Source: an uncultured Clostridia bacterium (GTDB lineage: Bacteria > Aerophobota > Aerophobia > Aerophobales > AE-B3A). From it: a stretch of DNA of 64,000 nucleotides. A program made the translations under genes and the position numbers. The DNA is taken from positions 8,295 to 72,294 of the forward strand of contig CAZIXA010000007.1 in NCBI GenBank assembly GCA_964543295.1. Direction: 5' to 3'. A model generated the notes under the pieces. It ran no database searches, had not been told where the DNA came from, and was given only the letters and a program-made list of their open reading frames with translations. Of the stretch, positions 52,952 through 62,040 are shown piece after piece. Every line of letters starts with the position of its first letter. Position 1 is the first letter of the stretch.

Positions 52952-53800
52952 TTATTTCAGACCCATAAGGCCTCTCATACCCTTGGCAAACGACCGTTGC
53001 GCCACTAATGCAATAAGAATAGGTGGTAACAGAATGATGGAGACACCTGCTGTGATTTCACTCCAGTTGAGAGAAACGTACGAAACTAAACCCATTGCTG
53101 CTGAAGGGAGTGTTCTGGCGCGATACGGCGCGAGGAACAAGGAAAAAATGAAGTTATTCCACGAAAAGATGAAACAGAGAAGGAGTGTAGCGACGAAGCC
53201 AGAACGTATACTAGGTAAGACTACCAGAACCATCTTTTGAAAGACATTGGCTCCATCAAGATCAGCCGCTTCCTCAACTTCAATAGGCATTTCCTTAATA
53301 AATCGCTGAAGCAACCATATAGTCAGAGGAAGCGTAAAGGTAAGATGCGCAGTAACGAGAACCAAATGAGTATCCAGAAGGCGAAAGGCCTTAAATAAAA
53401 TAACATAGGGGAACATAACGGCTAGAGGGGGAAACATGAAAAGTGACAGCATCCAGAAGGCAATGTCGTCTTTTCTCCGCACATTGTATCTCGCTAAGGC
53501 GTACGCAGCTGGAAAACCAAAAATCATAGCAATAACCAGAGTAATTCCTGAAACTCCTACACTGTTGAGGAGATAACGAAGAAAACCCTTTTTGAGAAAT
53601 AGCTCCTTATAAGCTTCAAATTGAGGTTTGAAGAACCAGACTGGTGGAATCGATACCACCTGGCTGGAAGTCTTTAACGAAGAAGCAAATATCCAGATAA
53701 CTGGAGCAAGAAATGATAAGATAATCCCGAGGGCAACAATGTTCAAAAGAATATTTCCTGGAGTTAACCACCTACCGGAGTTATTTTCATATCGTCTCAC
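52952..53800 (-). CDS. Sugar ABC transporter permease (CUT1)
   Basis: 6 TM, EAADLDGANVFQKMVLVVLP EAA loop. Confidence 0.9.
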   Translation of the reverse strand: MRRYENNSGRWLTPGNILLNIVALGIILSFLAPVIWIFASSLKTSSQVVSIPPVWFFKPQFEAYKELFLKKGFLRYLLNSVGVSGITLVIAMIFGFPAAYALARYNVRRKDDIAFWMLSLFMFPPLAVMFPYVILFKAFRLLDTHLVLVTAHLTFTLPLTIWLLQRFIKEMPIEVEEAADLDGANVFQKMVLVVLPSIRSGFVATLLLCFIFSWNNFIFSLFLAPYRARTLPSAAMGLVSYVSLNWSEITAGVSIILLPPILIALVAQRSFAKGMRGLMGLK

Positions 53801-53815
53801 GAGTCACCTCCCTGA

Positions 53816-54691
53816 CTACCAGAGACTTCGCCTTCTTGCATAAAAGAAGAGAAGTTCGCAGAAAATAAGAATCATAGCAAGCAACAGAAAAGAGGTACTT
53901 ATCGCCTTCCCTAATGTCATAAATTTAAAGAAAAGCCGTGAGATGTAGAAACTTATGGACTCTGTAGCCACACCTGGCCCACCTTCTGTCATTATGTAGA
54001 ACTTATCGAACCCCCTAAAAGCTAAAATAACGCGGAAAAAAAGACCAATAAGTATGGTAGGAAAAATGAGAGGTAATGTCAGATGAAAGAATTTCTGGAG
54101 GTCCGAGGCACCATCTAAATCCGCCGCTTCATAGAAGTCCTTGGGGATGGATTCAATGGCAGCAAGGACAACCAAGAAAACAAAAGGTGTCCACTCCCAG
54201 ACATCAGCAATAACAATTGAAAATAAAGCTGGAGCGGCACTAGCAAACCACTCCGGTTGCGGCAGATGAAACACAGCCAACATGTAATTCACGATCCCGT
54301 ACTGAGTCGAAAAGAACCACTGCCACATAAGACCAACCGCTACCGGTGCAATAGTCATAGGAAGAAGTAGGAGGAATCTACTCCAAGTAATCCAAGGAAG
54401 CACCCTCTGAGAAGAAAACACAACAGCTACAGCTATTCCCAAAACCAACTCGATGCTCACCGCTAATGCAGTATAGGTAACGGATACCTTAACTGAGTTA
54501 CGAAACCGTTCGTCACCCAGAACCGACTGAAAATTCTTACCCCCAACGAATGGCTTTTCGCTGTATCTTGCCATATTATACTCACGCAAAGAAATGTTTA
54601 TAGCGAACAGAAGAGGAAAAATGCTTATGCAAAAGAGTAATATAAAACTGGGTAACAGTAGAAAAAGTCCTTCGCGCTTTTTGCTATACAT
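53816..54691 (-). CDS. Sugar ABC transporter permease (CUT1)
   Basis: 6 TM, EAADLDGASDLQKFFHLTLP EAA loop. Confidence 0.9.
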   Translation of the reverse strand: MYSKKREGLFLLLPSFILLFCISIFPLLFAINISLREYNMARYSEKPFVGGKNFQSVLGDERFRNSVKVSVTYTALAVSIELVLGIAVAVVFSSQRVLPWITWSRFLLLLPMTIAPVAVGLMWQWFFSTQYGIVNYMLAVFHLPQPEWFASAAPALFSIVIADVWEWTPFVFLVVLAAIESIPKDFYEAADLDGASDLQKFFHLTLPLIFPTILIGLFFRVILAFRGFDKFYIMTEGGPGVATESISFYISRLFFKFMTLGKAISTSFLLLAMILIFCELLFFYARRRSLW

Positions 54692-54842
54692 CTACTTATT
54701 TCTCTTTTCTTCCTTTTGTTCTTGATGCTCCTTATTTGACGGCTAGGCTCTCTCGACAAGAACGGACATCAAATAAAATATACTCTATTCCTTTCACCCA
54801 ATTCCTTGTGTTGACTCACAATTCATCTTTCATACCTAGTTA

Positions 54843-54879
54843 CGCTCTGGGAAGAAAATATTTTTTTCTTCCCAGAGCG
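54843..54879. other. Perfect 16-bp stem-loop between the solute-binding protein and permease genes (mRNA stabiliser/attenuator-like)
   Basis: CGCTCTGGGAAGAAAA / TTTTCTTCCCAGAGCG with a 5-nt loop. Confidence 0.5.
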
Positions 54880-54905
54880 CTAATAACTCTACCTCCCAAT
54901 TAATA

Positions 54906-56252
54906 CTACTGAGGATAGGCCTTTTTCAGGACTTCGTTAGCTTCACTACAAACTTTTTTCAAAGTTTCAACCAGTGGAGCCTCTCCCGAGAGTACACGAT
55001 GATAACCTGTTGACAGAATTTCACTCACTGCTGGATACTCACGAATATTTGGCCGAGACATCCCGTAGAGCAGGTTAGTCACCTGTGCTTCAAGTTCGGG
55101 ATACTTAGCGTACGCCTTCTCGTCAATGTGTGAATATCGGAAGGGTTTACCCCCTAGCCGGGTGAAGTCTTTAGCAATCTCCTTGCTGGCCAGGTATTCA
55201 ATCACCAAATAAGCTGCCTCTTTATTTCGAGAATCCACATTGATTCCGTGAATGTTTCCTCCCATGTGGCAGACTCGTTTCAGAGACCCATCTGGCATCT
55301 TCTTACCAGGTACAGGTCCGTAGGCGAACTTCCCAACAACATTCGAGTACTGAGGATCTTCCAATGGAAATCCCACGGCCTCCTGAATGAGAACGGCCAT
55401 GGCGATCTTTCCACTTCGCACGGCTTCGATAAAATGGGCGATGTCGTAGTTGATGGTTTCGGGAGGGGACAACTTCCTATAGATTGTATCATTGTAGAAC
55501 CTCAGGGCTGCTATTCCCTCAGGAGTATCCCACAAGACACGCATTTTGGGTAGACCCTTGTAGTCTACATCACTCCCATTTATGTAACCAGCTCCCCACT
55601 CCCACAGATAGGTTCCGACGTCGTAGGAAAGATATTCGCCTTTTCTTGCCTGAAGGCAGGCAGCAAAAGTACCTGGATTCAGAGCCATCAGCTTTTCACC
55701 GTACATTACATACTCCTCCCAAGTCACTGGGGGAATAGCTCTCCCGGCAAAGTCCACTAACCCTGCCTTCTCAAACAGATCCTTTCTGAAGCCTAACATG
55801 TTACCATAGGTATAACTAGGCAATCCGTAGAGTTTTCCCTTATACTTACAGAAAGCGAGTACCGGTGGGAAAAGGTCATCGACGTCAGGGTCTTTTAACT
55901 TGAGGTACTCATCAATTGGGACAATCCAGCCATTTTCTACATATTCCCCCAGAGAAGGCTGATCAATTCCCACTACGTCGTAGGTTCCGGTACCGGCTAG
56001 AAAGTCCATCTTCGAGGCCTCTACCATTTCTTCGAAATCCACAAGCGATTCCTCCACTTTGATGCCTGTCACCCTTTCAAAATCCGACTTGTGCAGAAGT
56101 TCAAACTCTATTTCGTCAGAGAGTTCTCTTACCGTGAGGACCTTTACGGTAGTCCCGGCATAAGGCGCTTTTGCAGCATACACAGGCAGCCCTAATGCTA
56201 GCACTAAAACGACGATCAAACCAGTCAACAATAAAAATTTTATTTTCTCCAT
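54906..56252 (-). CDS. ABC transporter extracellular solute-binding protein (sugar)
   Basis: Signal peptide/TM anchor plus SBP family 1 fold. Confidence 0.88.
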   Translation of the reverse strand: MEKIKFLLLTGLIVVLVLALGLPVYAAKAPYAGTTVKVLTVRELSDEIEFELLHKSDFERVTGIKVEESLVDFEEMVEASKMDFLAGTGTYDVVGIDQPSLGEYVENGWIVPIDEYLKLKDPDVDDLFPPVLAFCKYKGKLYGLPSYTYGNMLGFRKDLFEKAGLVDFAGRAIPPVTWEEYVMYGEKLMALNPGTFAACLQARKGEYLSYDVGTYLWEWGAGYINGSDVDYKGLPKMRVLWDTPEGIAALRFYNDTIYRKLSPPETINYDIAHFIEAVRSGKIAMAVLIQEAVGFPLEDPQYSNVVGKFAYGPVPGKKMPDGSLKRVCHMGGNIHGINVDSRNKEAAYLVIEYLASKEIAKDFTRLGGKPFRYSHIDEKAYAKYPELEAQVTNLLYGMSRPNIREYPAVSEILSTGYHRVLSGEAPLVETLKKVCSEANEVLKKAYPQ

Positions 56253-56555
56253 CTTGAAAACCTCCTCTTTGGATGGTTTATTCTTTCCTGAGAGCCTCCA
56301 AAAAGTGAAATTAATCTTTGACCTGCTTCCATATTTCTATGAAATCTCCATCAAAGAGAAACTAATCTTGCGGCACTTCTCTCTTTGGAAGCTTTTCTTC
56401 GGTTGCAGCTAACGCGACCTATCTTCCTGCTCACCTCCCTTCGGTCTTATCTTTAGCTTGTTTTCTTAATTTTGTCTTTTCGTTGCTTTGGTAATTTTAA
56501 TCTCTGTTATCTCAATCTTATGGAGTGGTTTAGTTTAGGTATATCCTATATCGTT

Positions 56556-56774
56556 CTAGATAGTCTGAGCTATCTGTAGAAGTTTTATTTTATATGTACC
56601 TTCAAGTATCTCTCTTGGTACCTGGTGAGCTAAACTAGCAATACTCACACTGCCAACAACATCTCCAATTATATTCTTTATAGGAGCAGCGATGCATACA
56701 ACATCTTCCTCATGTTCTTCTAAATCGAAGGCATAACCTTGTTTTTGAATTTTATCCAATTCCTTTTTAAGCAC
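56556..56774 (-). pseudogene. IclR-type effector-domain fragment (diverged paralog)
   Basis: 72-aa C-terminal IclR-like fragment; homology to the 45530 region breaks at the hairpin 56806-56840. Confidence 0.5.
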
Positions 56775-56805
56775 ATCTATATCATTTATTGTATTCTTAG
56801 TGAAT

Positions 56806-56840
56806 CTTCAACGTAACTTTCTACAAAAGTTACGTTGAAG
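56806..56840. repeat. Perfect 15-bp inverted repeat (CTTCAACGTAACTTT / AAAGTTACGTTGAAG, 5-nt spacer)
   Basis: Read directly from sequence; lies at the breakpoint of the IclR fragment. Confidence 0.6.
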
Positions 56841-56878
56841 TGACAAACTCGTGAAATAGCAAGGGTATTTGTAGAGGC

Positions 56879-57082
56879 TTAGCTCTTTTCCCTATACCAT
56901 TGCTCAGCTTCTTTAAGTATCCTGTCGATTTCTATATCCTGGTCTTTAGGCAAAGGTTTCGGTGCATGGGTAGCTAGTATCTCCCTTGCCTTATCCTTTA
57001 CTGCTGGATCCGTTATCTTCATAAATGGCCCCACCGCTACTCCTCCCTCTTTGATAAGCCTTTTTAACTTGTTCTCTTTCAA
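56879..57082 (-). pseudogene. Chimeric ORF: HpcH-aldolase N-terminus (28 aa, inside the 458-bp repeat) fused to an unrelated C-terminal tail
   Basis: First 28 aa identical to 44444..45220, then diverges at the repeat boundary (56998). Confidence 0.5.
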
Positions 57083-57455
57083 TGTTTTTCCCTGACCCCC
57101 TAATAGACAGAAGTAGTTCCTCGAGTCTTATTATATCCCAATCGCGTGGAAATATTCTCACACGTTTGGATTAGAGTTTCCTTTAACTTTCTTTTCTTGC
57201 TAGCATTCATACGGAAAGCAGGAAGGGAGATACTAACAGCCGCCATCACTTCGCCGCGATGATCTTTTATAGGAGCAGCCAAACAATGGACATCTCTCTC
57301 GTGTTCTCCCCTATCCTCGGCAAAACCCTGGTGTCTAACTTTGCTCAGTTCTTCTCTTAACTTTTTTTTGTCGGTTATAGTATTCTTAGTGAAACGGGGA
57401 AGTCCTTTTTCTTCTATAATTTTTTTTTGTTCTTCTTCGTTAAGGTTAGCTAACA
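56998..57455. repeat. 458-bp perfect direct repeat, copy B
   Basis: Identical to 45136-45593; offset 11,862 bp. Confidence 0.9.
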
Positions 57456-57900
57456 GAACTTTACCTAGACCGGTGCAATAAGCAGGAAGACGTCTACCCA
57501 CCCGAGAAACCATCCTTATGCTCTGAAAGGATTCCTCCTTAGCAAGATAAAGAACCTCTCCCTCCTCTAGGACAGCCAAATGAACAGTCTCATTTGACCG
57601 CTCCCGTAGCTCTTTAAGATAAGGAGCCGCTTCTTTTACTAGCTCCATTCCCTGAAGTTTTGCCGTACCCAATTCTAGTACCTTTAAACCCAGTTGGTAC
57701 CTCTGGGTGACAGGGTCCTGCTCTACATACCCCCAATATCTTAAAGTGTCCAGAATACGGTGGATGGTGCTGGGATAGATACCTAATCTCTCACTAAGCT
57801 CAGCTATACTCAAAGGAGAGCCCTCCTGGGACAAAATCTCAAGAATTGCTAAAGATTTGTCCAAGGCCTTCAAGAGATAGGTAGGTTCTTTTTTAGACAA
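57100..57900 (-). CDS. IclR family transcriptional regulator (complete)
   Basis: N-terminal winged HTH plus C-terminal IclR effector domain; 266 aa. Confidence 0.9.
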   Translation of the reverse strand: MSKKEPTYLLKALDKSLAILEILSQEGSPLSIAELSERLGIYPSTIHRILDTLRYWGYVEQDPVTQRYQLGLKVLELGTAKLQGMELVKEAAPYLKELRERSNETVHLAVLEEGEVLYLAKEESFQSIRMVSRVGRRLPAYCTGLGKVLLANLNEEEQKKIIEEKGLPRFTKNTITDKKKLREELSKVRHQGFAEDRGEHERDVHCLAAPIKDHRGEVMAAVSISLPAFRMNASKKRKLKETLIQTCENISTRLGYNKTRGTTSVY

Positions 57901-57985
57901 GTCCTTTCTCTTCTATAATATAGAATTTAATTCTATTATTATATAGTATAGTCGAAATAAAATTTTTGTCAACCCTCCCCCCACC

Positions 57986-59736
57986 GGAATGTCGTTGCAA
58001 AATGATAATGTCATGGTATTGCAAAGTGAAAATGTCACCCCTCCATAGAATTTGATATACTATCCTCCCAACAATTGATGATTGGGAGGTGAAAATGGAG
58101 AGGTGGCAATTGAGTCAAAAAGAGCTCGCAAGATATGGCATTATTGAAAATACCATAGAAGGATATTTGAAAGTAGACTTGGCTGCTGAAGAACTTTGCC
58201 TATCTAAAAGGCAAGTATTTAGACTTAACAGGGATTATCACGTAACCTAAAAAATACTAGCTATCATTTTCAATTGAATTTCTGGGTAGTGTTAAAGCGT
58301 TGTTATTACAATAAGTTATCCACCTAACGATTTTTAGAGGTTAGTAAAAGTAGTATTTAATTTGTCAATTCTAGAGACTTTCTAGGGAGTCAAAATTAAG
58401 ATTATTACTCAAAAATCCTTAAAATACAGCAATTTTCTCTTTGTAAATTATTTTTAACAATGTATACGCTCACATCATTTACCTAATAAATACTAAATTT
58501 AAGAGAACCATGAAGGATTATTTCCTCAATCCTAAAGAGCCTATGCAGAGAAGATACGAAGCTCTGAAGATTTGCTATAAAGTAGTATTTTTTTCTACAC
58601 GTGATAATCCCTGCTTAAGAGAAAATTAAGAGAGAAAGGAATAGAGGGGATCATCCATGGCAATAGAGGAAGAGCATCATCTCGGCGAATACCAGATCCT
58701 GTGAGAGATACTATAGATTATCTTTACCGGGGAAAGTACGATGGCTTTAACATCTCTCACTTTACCGAAATGCTTGAGGAGAAAGAAGGAATCTTTATCT
58801 CTCGGGAAACAGTAAGAGGGATTCTTCTTGAAAAAGGCTCCTATGAAAAGAAGAAAAGATACCCTAAACACAGGTCTTTCAGAGAGCCTATGTCTAAGGA
58901 AGGTATGATGCTGCAATTCGATACTTCTGACCATGACTGGCTGGAGGCAAGAGGCCCCAAGATCAAACTCATTGGAGCAATAGATGATGCCACCAAAGAT
59001 GTTCCTTACGCTCTGTTTGCTTTGCAAGATAGTGTTGAGGAGAATATGGCTACCTTCAAGAGAATCATCAAAAGGAAAGGTATCCCCTTATCCCTTTATG
59101 TAGACAAAGACTCCAAATTCATCACCACTCGCCATGGGGGCCTCCATGTAAACATAAAAAAGGAGCAAGAAAAGACTCAGATGCAAAGAGCCTGGGAGGA
59201 ACTAGGGAAAATGTCATCTATGCCGAAAGTCCTCAAGGAAAGGGAAGAATTGAGCGCCTTTGGGGCACATTTCAAGATAGATTAATAAGTGAATTAAGGC
59301 TTGAGGAATCTCTAGTCTAGAGGGGGCAAATGAGTATCTACACTCTGTGTTTTTACCCAAATATAACAAAAAGTTCACCAGAAAGCCCAAAGTAGAAGAG
59401 TCAGCCTATAGAATAATCCCTAAAGGAATGGATCTTGATCAGATTCTTTGTGTAAAAGAAAAAAGACGTGTTCAGGGAGACAATACCATAAGCTACAAGG
59501 GAAAGCTCTACCAAATCCTTCCCACTAAAACAAGATTTGGTTTTGCTAAAGCAAAGGTAGAGGTACAAAAGCACCTAGACGGAACTATTCATATCTTCTA
59601 CAAAGGGGGGGAGCTTCCATTTAAACCTATTATCCCTGTAGAACATCAACAATACGCTCCTTCTCAAAAGGAAGCCTTACTGGTAGGGGTATGACATTTT
59701 CATTTTGCAGAAAGGGTGACATAATTACTTTGCATT
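57986..59736 (+). mobile_element. ISNCY-family (IS1202-like) insertion sequence; transposase split by a MITE insertion and at least 2 frameshifts
   Basis: Transposase pieces at 58095..58250 (HTH: MERWQLSQKELARYG...), 58701..59285 and 59347..59694 (rve-like core); subterminal repeats TGCAAA(A/G)TG(A/T)nAATGTCA in inverted orientation at both ends; flanking about 24-bp imperfect direct repeats. Confidence 0.7.
58229..58613. mobile_element. MITE-like non-autonomous element (385 bp) with 15-bp perfect terminal inverted repeats and 5-bp CTTAA target duplication
   Basis: CAGGGATTATCACGT at 58229-58243 and its reverse complement at 58599-58613; CTTAA at 58224-58228 and 58614-58618; AT-rich non-coding interior. 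Confidence 0.75.
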
Positions 59737-59862
59737 GACACCCTCCCCCAACCGGAATTAAGATTTTTTGAGACTGCTGGCCACTAAATTTGACAATGAA
59801 GGAGGATTTGCTATTTTACAAGATGTCTCAATAAGCCTAGAATTCAAGTTCAGGAGAAAAAA

Positions 59863-61215
59863 ATGCCACCGGTACATATCTACACGGTAGGTGAGATTAC
59901 CAGGTATATAAAGAGGCTGGTGGAAGGTGATGAGATCCTGCAAGACATCTGGGTAAGGGGTGAGATTTCAAATTTTAAGGCACCTTCCCGACATCTATAC
60001 TTTGCCCTCAAAGATGAAGAGGGCCTTCTTTCCTGCATTATGTTTCAGGATAGGGCTGATACTCTAAAATTTGCCCTTAAGAATGGACTGGAAGTCTTAG
60101 CCCAGGGAAGCATGGGAGTCTATAAACCTCAAGGGAAGTATCAGCTCTACGTCCAGGAGATTCATCCCCTAGGGGAAGGCGTTCTCTATCTTAGATTTGA
60201 GCAGTTAAAAGAAGAACTCAAGCGTCAGGGGTACTTTGAATCCGAACACAAAGTTCCCTTACCCTATCTTCCCCAGAGGATAGGAGTGGTTACTTCCCCT
60301 GAGGGAGCAGCCATCAGAGATATCCTTACTGTTCTAGATGGACGTTTTCCTAATATGGAGATTGTTCTTTCTCCCTGCCGGGTTCAGGGAGAAGAAGCTC
60401 CGCAAGCCATTGCCCAGGCTATTAAGGATCTAAATGATTATGGTGAAGTCGATATAATAATCGTAGGAAGAGGTGGGGGGTCTTTCGAGGATCTTTTTAG
60501 TTTTAATGAGCGGATAGTCGCCGAGGCCATTTACGATTCTCACATCCCTATCGTATCTGCCGTAGGACATGAAATAGATGTAACTATCTCCGACTTTGTA
60601 GCCGATAAGAGAGCTCCCACTCCCTCAGCAGCCGCCGAACTCATAATTCCAAAAAAAAAAGACCTCCTTGAGTCGTTAAGAGGGCAGCAGCAAAGAATCT
60701 CTTATCTCATAAATAACTATCTAGATATTGCTCATGCTGATCTCGATAAAATAAAGAGTTCCCTTGCCTTCCGACAACCTTACCGGAGAATAGAGGATCT
60801 CAGGCAAGAAATAGATGACTTTGAAAGAAGGATGGGTTCCTGCGTTGTTCAGAAGGAGGAGCTAGCAAGAAATGGACTTTCAAGTCTTGCCCATGGTCTA
60901 AGGCAATCGTCTCCCTTGAAAATGCTAAATCTTTTGAAGGAGAAACTGGATAGACTGCGAGACAAATTAGAAGGCCAGGGAAAAATGAGAATAGAAAAAG
61001 AAAAAGAGAAGCTATCTTTCGGGAAAGATCGACTCAGGGATCTTTCTCCTTTATCTATTCTGAAGAGAGGCTATAGTATTTGCTTTAGCTATCCTAAGGG
61101 AGAGATAATTACGGCCTCTAAGCAGGTTAAGAAAGGGGGAAAGGTAAGGACAAAGCTACATAAGGGGACACTATACTCTCGGGTTTATCAGAGGGAGGAT
61201 AAAAGTGAAGTTTGA
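59863..61215 (+). CDS. xseA: Exodeoxyribonuclease VII large subunit
   Basis: 450-aa XseA family (OB-fold N-terminus, catalytic core, C-terminal coiled coil). Confidence 0.92.
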   Translation: MPPVHIYTVGEITRYIKRLVEGDEILQDIWVRGEISNFKAPSRHLYFALKDEEGLLSCIMFQDRADTLKFALKNGLEVLAQGSMGVYKPQGKYQLYVQEIHPLGEGVLYLRFEQLKEELKRQGYFESEHKVPLPYLPQRIGVVTSPEGAAIRDILTVLDGRFPNMEIVLSPCRVQGEEAPQAIAQAIKDLNDYGEVDIIIVGRGGGSFEDLFSFNERIVAEAIYDSHIPIVSAVGHEIDVTISDFVADKRAPTPSAAAELIIPKKKDLLESLRGQQQRISYLINNYLDIAHADLDKIKSSLAFRQPYRRIEDLRQEIDDFERRMGSCVVQKEELARNGLSSLAHGLRQSSPLKMLNLLKEKLDRLRDKLEGQGKMRIEKEKEKLSFGKDRLRDLSPLSILKRGYSICFSYPKGEIITASKQVKKGGKVRTKLHKGTLYSRVYQREDKSEV

Positions 61216-61507
61216 GGAAGCAATGGAGAAACTGGAAAAAATTACTGAGGAGCTGGAACAGGGTAATCTTTCCCTGGATGCAGCTTTAGAGAGATTTGAA
61301 GAGGGAATGAAATTAATCGGCTTTTGTGAAAAAAGATTGGACGAGGCAGAGAAAAAGATTCAGGTTTTAATAAAAGAAGGAGAGAAATTTAGACTAAAAG
61401 ATTGGGCAAAAGAAAGAATCACGCAAGGACGCGAAAAAAGTCGAAAAGCTGAGAATCTGAAAAAACCATCATCATCAGATTCTCTTTTCCGGAATGAGGA
61501 AAATTAA
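61205..61507 (+). CDS. xseB: Exodeoxyribonuclease VII small subunit
   Basis: Small helical protein overlapping the xseA end; XseB-like. Confidence 0.85.
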   Translation: MKFEEAMEKLEKITEELEQGNLSLDAALERFEEGMKLIGFCEKRLDEAEKKIQVLIKEGEKFRLKDWAKERITQGREKSRKAENLKKPSSSDSLFRNEEN

Positions 61508-61569
61508 GGCAATGAGCTAAAAGATTTCACAAAATACCACAAAATGAACCCCAAAGAAAAACCCAAAAA

Positions 61570-62028
61570 TTGTTAGGTGGATCGATGCTGAAAATTCTTT
61601 ACTTTATTCTTAACCACCCTTTGCTCATGGCTGTTTTTTGGGCCTGGATTCTGGCCCAGGCACTAAAAGTGGTAGTCTCACTCGTAGGGGAGAGAAGAGT
61701 AAGACTTCACCGTTTTATAGAACCAGGGGGGATGCCCTCCTCTCATGCTGCGGCTGTGGTAGCCTTGCTCACAGGTGTAGGAATAAAGCTAGGGATTGGA
61801 TCCACCATTTTCATCATCGTTTTAGTTCTAGCTCTGGTTACTATGTATGAGGCAATTGGCGTGCGCAGAGAAGTGGGAAAACAAGCAGAACTCTTGAATG
61901 AATTGATTCACCACCTAGCCTACCAAGCCAACACAAAACTCAAACTAAAGGAAAGCATGGGCCACAGCCCTATTGAGGTTCTAGTTGGGGGAATAGTAGG
62001 ATTTTTCATGGCTTTGCTCTGGATGTAA
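61570..62028 (+). CDS. Divergent PAP2-family membrane protein (YuiD-like, DUF212)
   Basis: GMPSSHAA and GHSPIEV motifs; 4 TM helices. Confidence 0.8.
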   Translation: MLGGSMLKILYFILNHPLLMAVFWAWILAQALKVVVSLVGERRVRLHRFIEPGGMPSSHAAAVVALLTGVGIKLGIGSTIFIIVLVLALVTMYEAIGVRREVGKQAELLNELIHHLAYQANTKLKLKESMGHSPIEVLVGGIVGFFMALLWM

Positions 62029-62040
62029 GAGGAAAGAAGA

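Noticed and set aside
57986-59736. Reading the ISNCY ends as simple terminal inverted repeats
   Set aside because: The outermost matching sequences (CCCTCCCCC-ACCGGAAT) are in direct, not inverted, orientation. They are therefore interpreted as a long target duplication, with the inverted motifs lying just inside.
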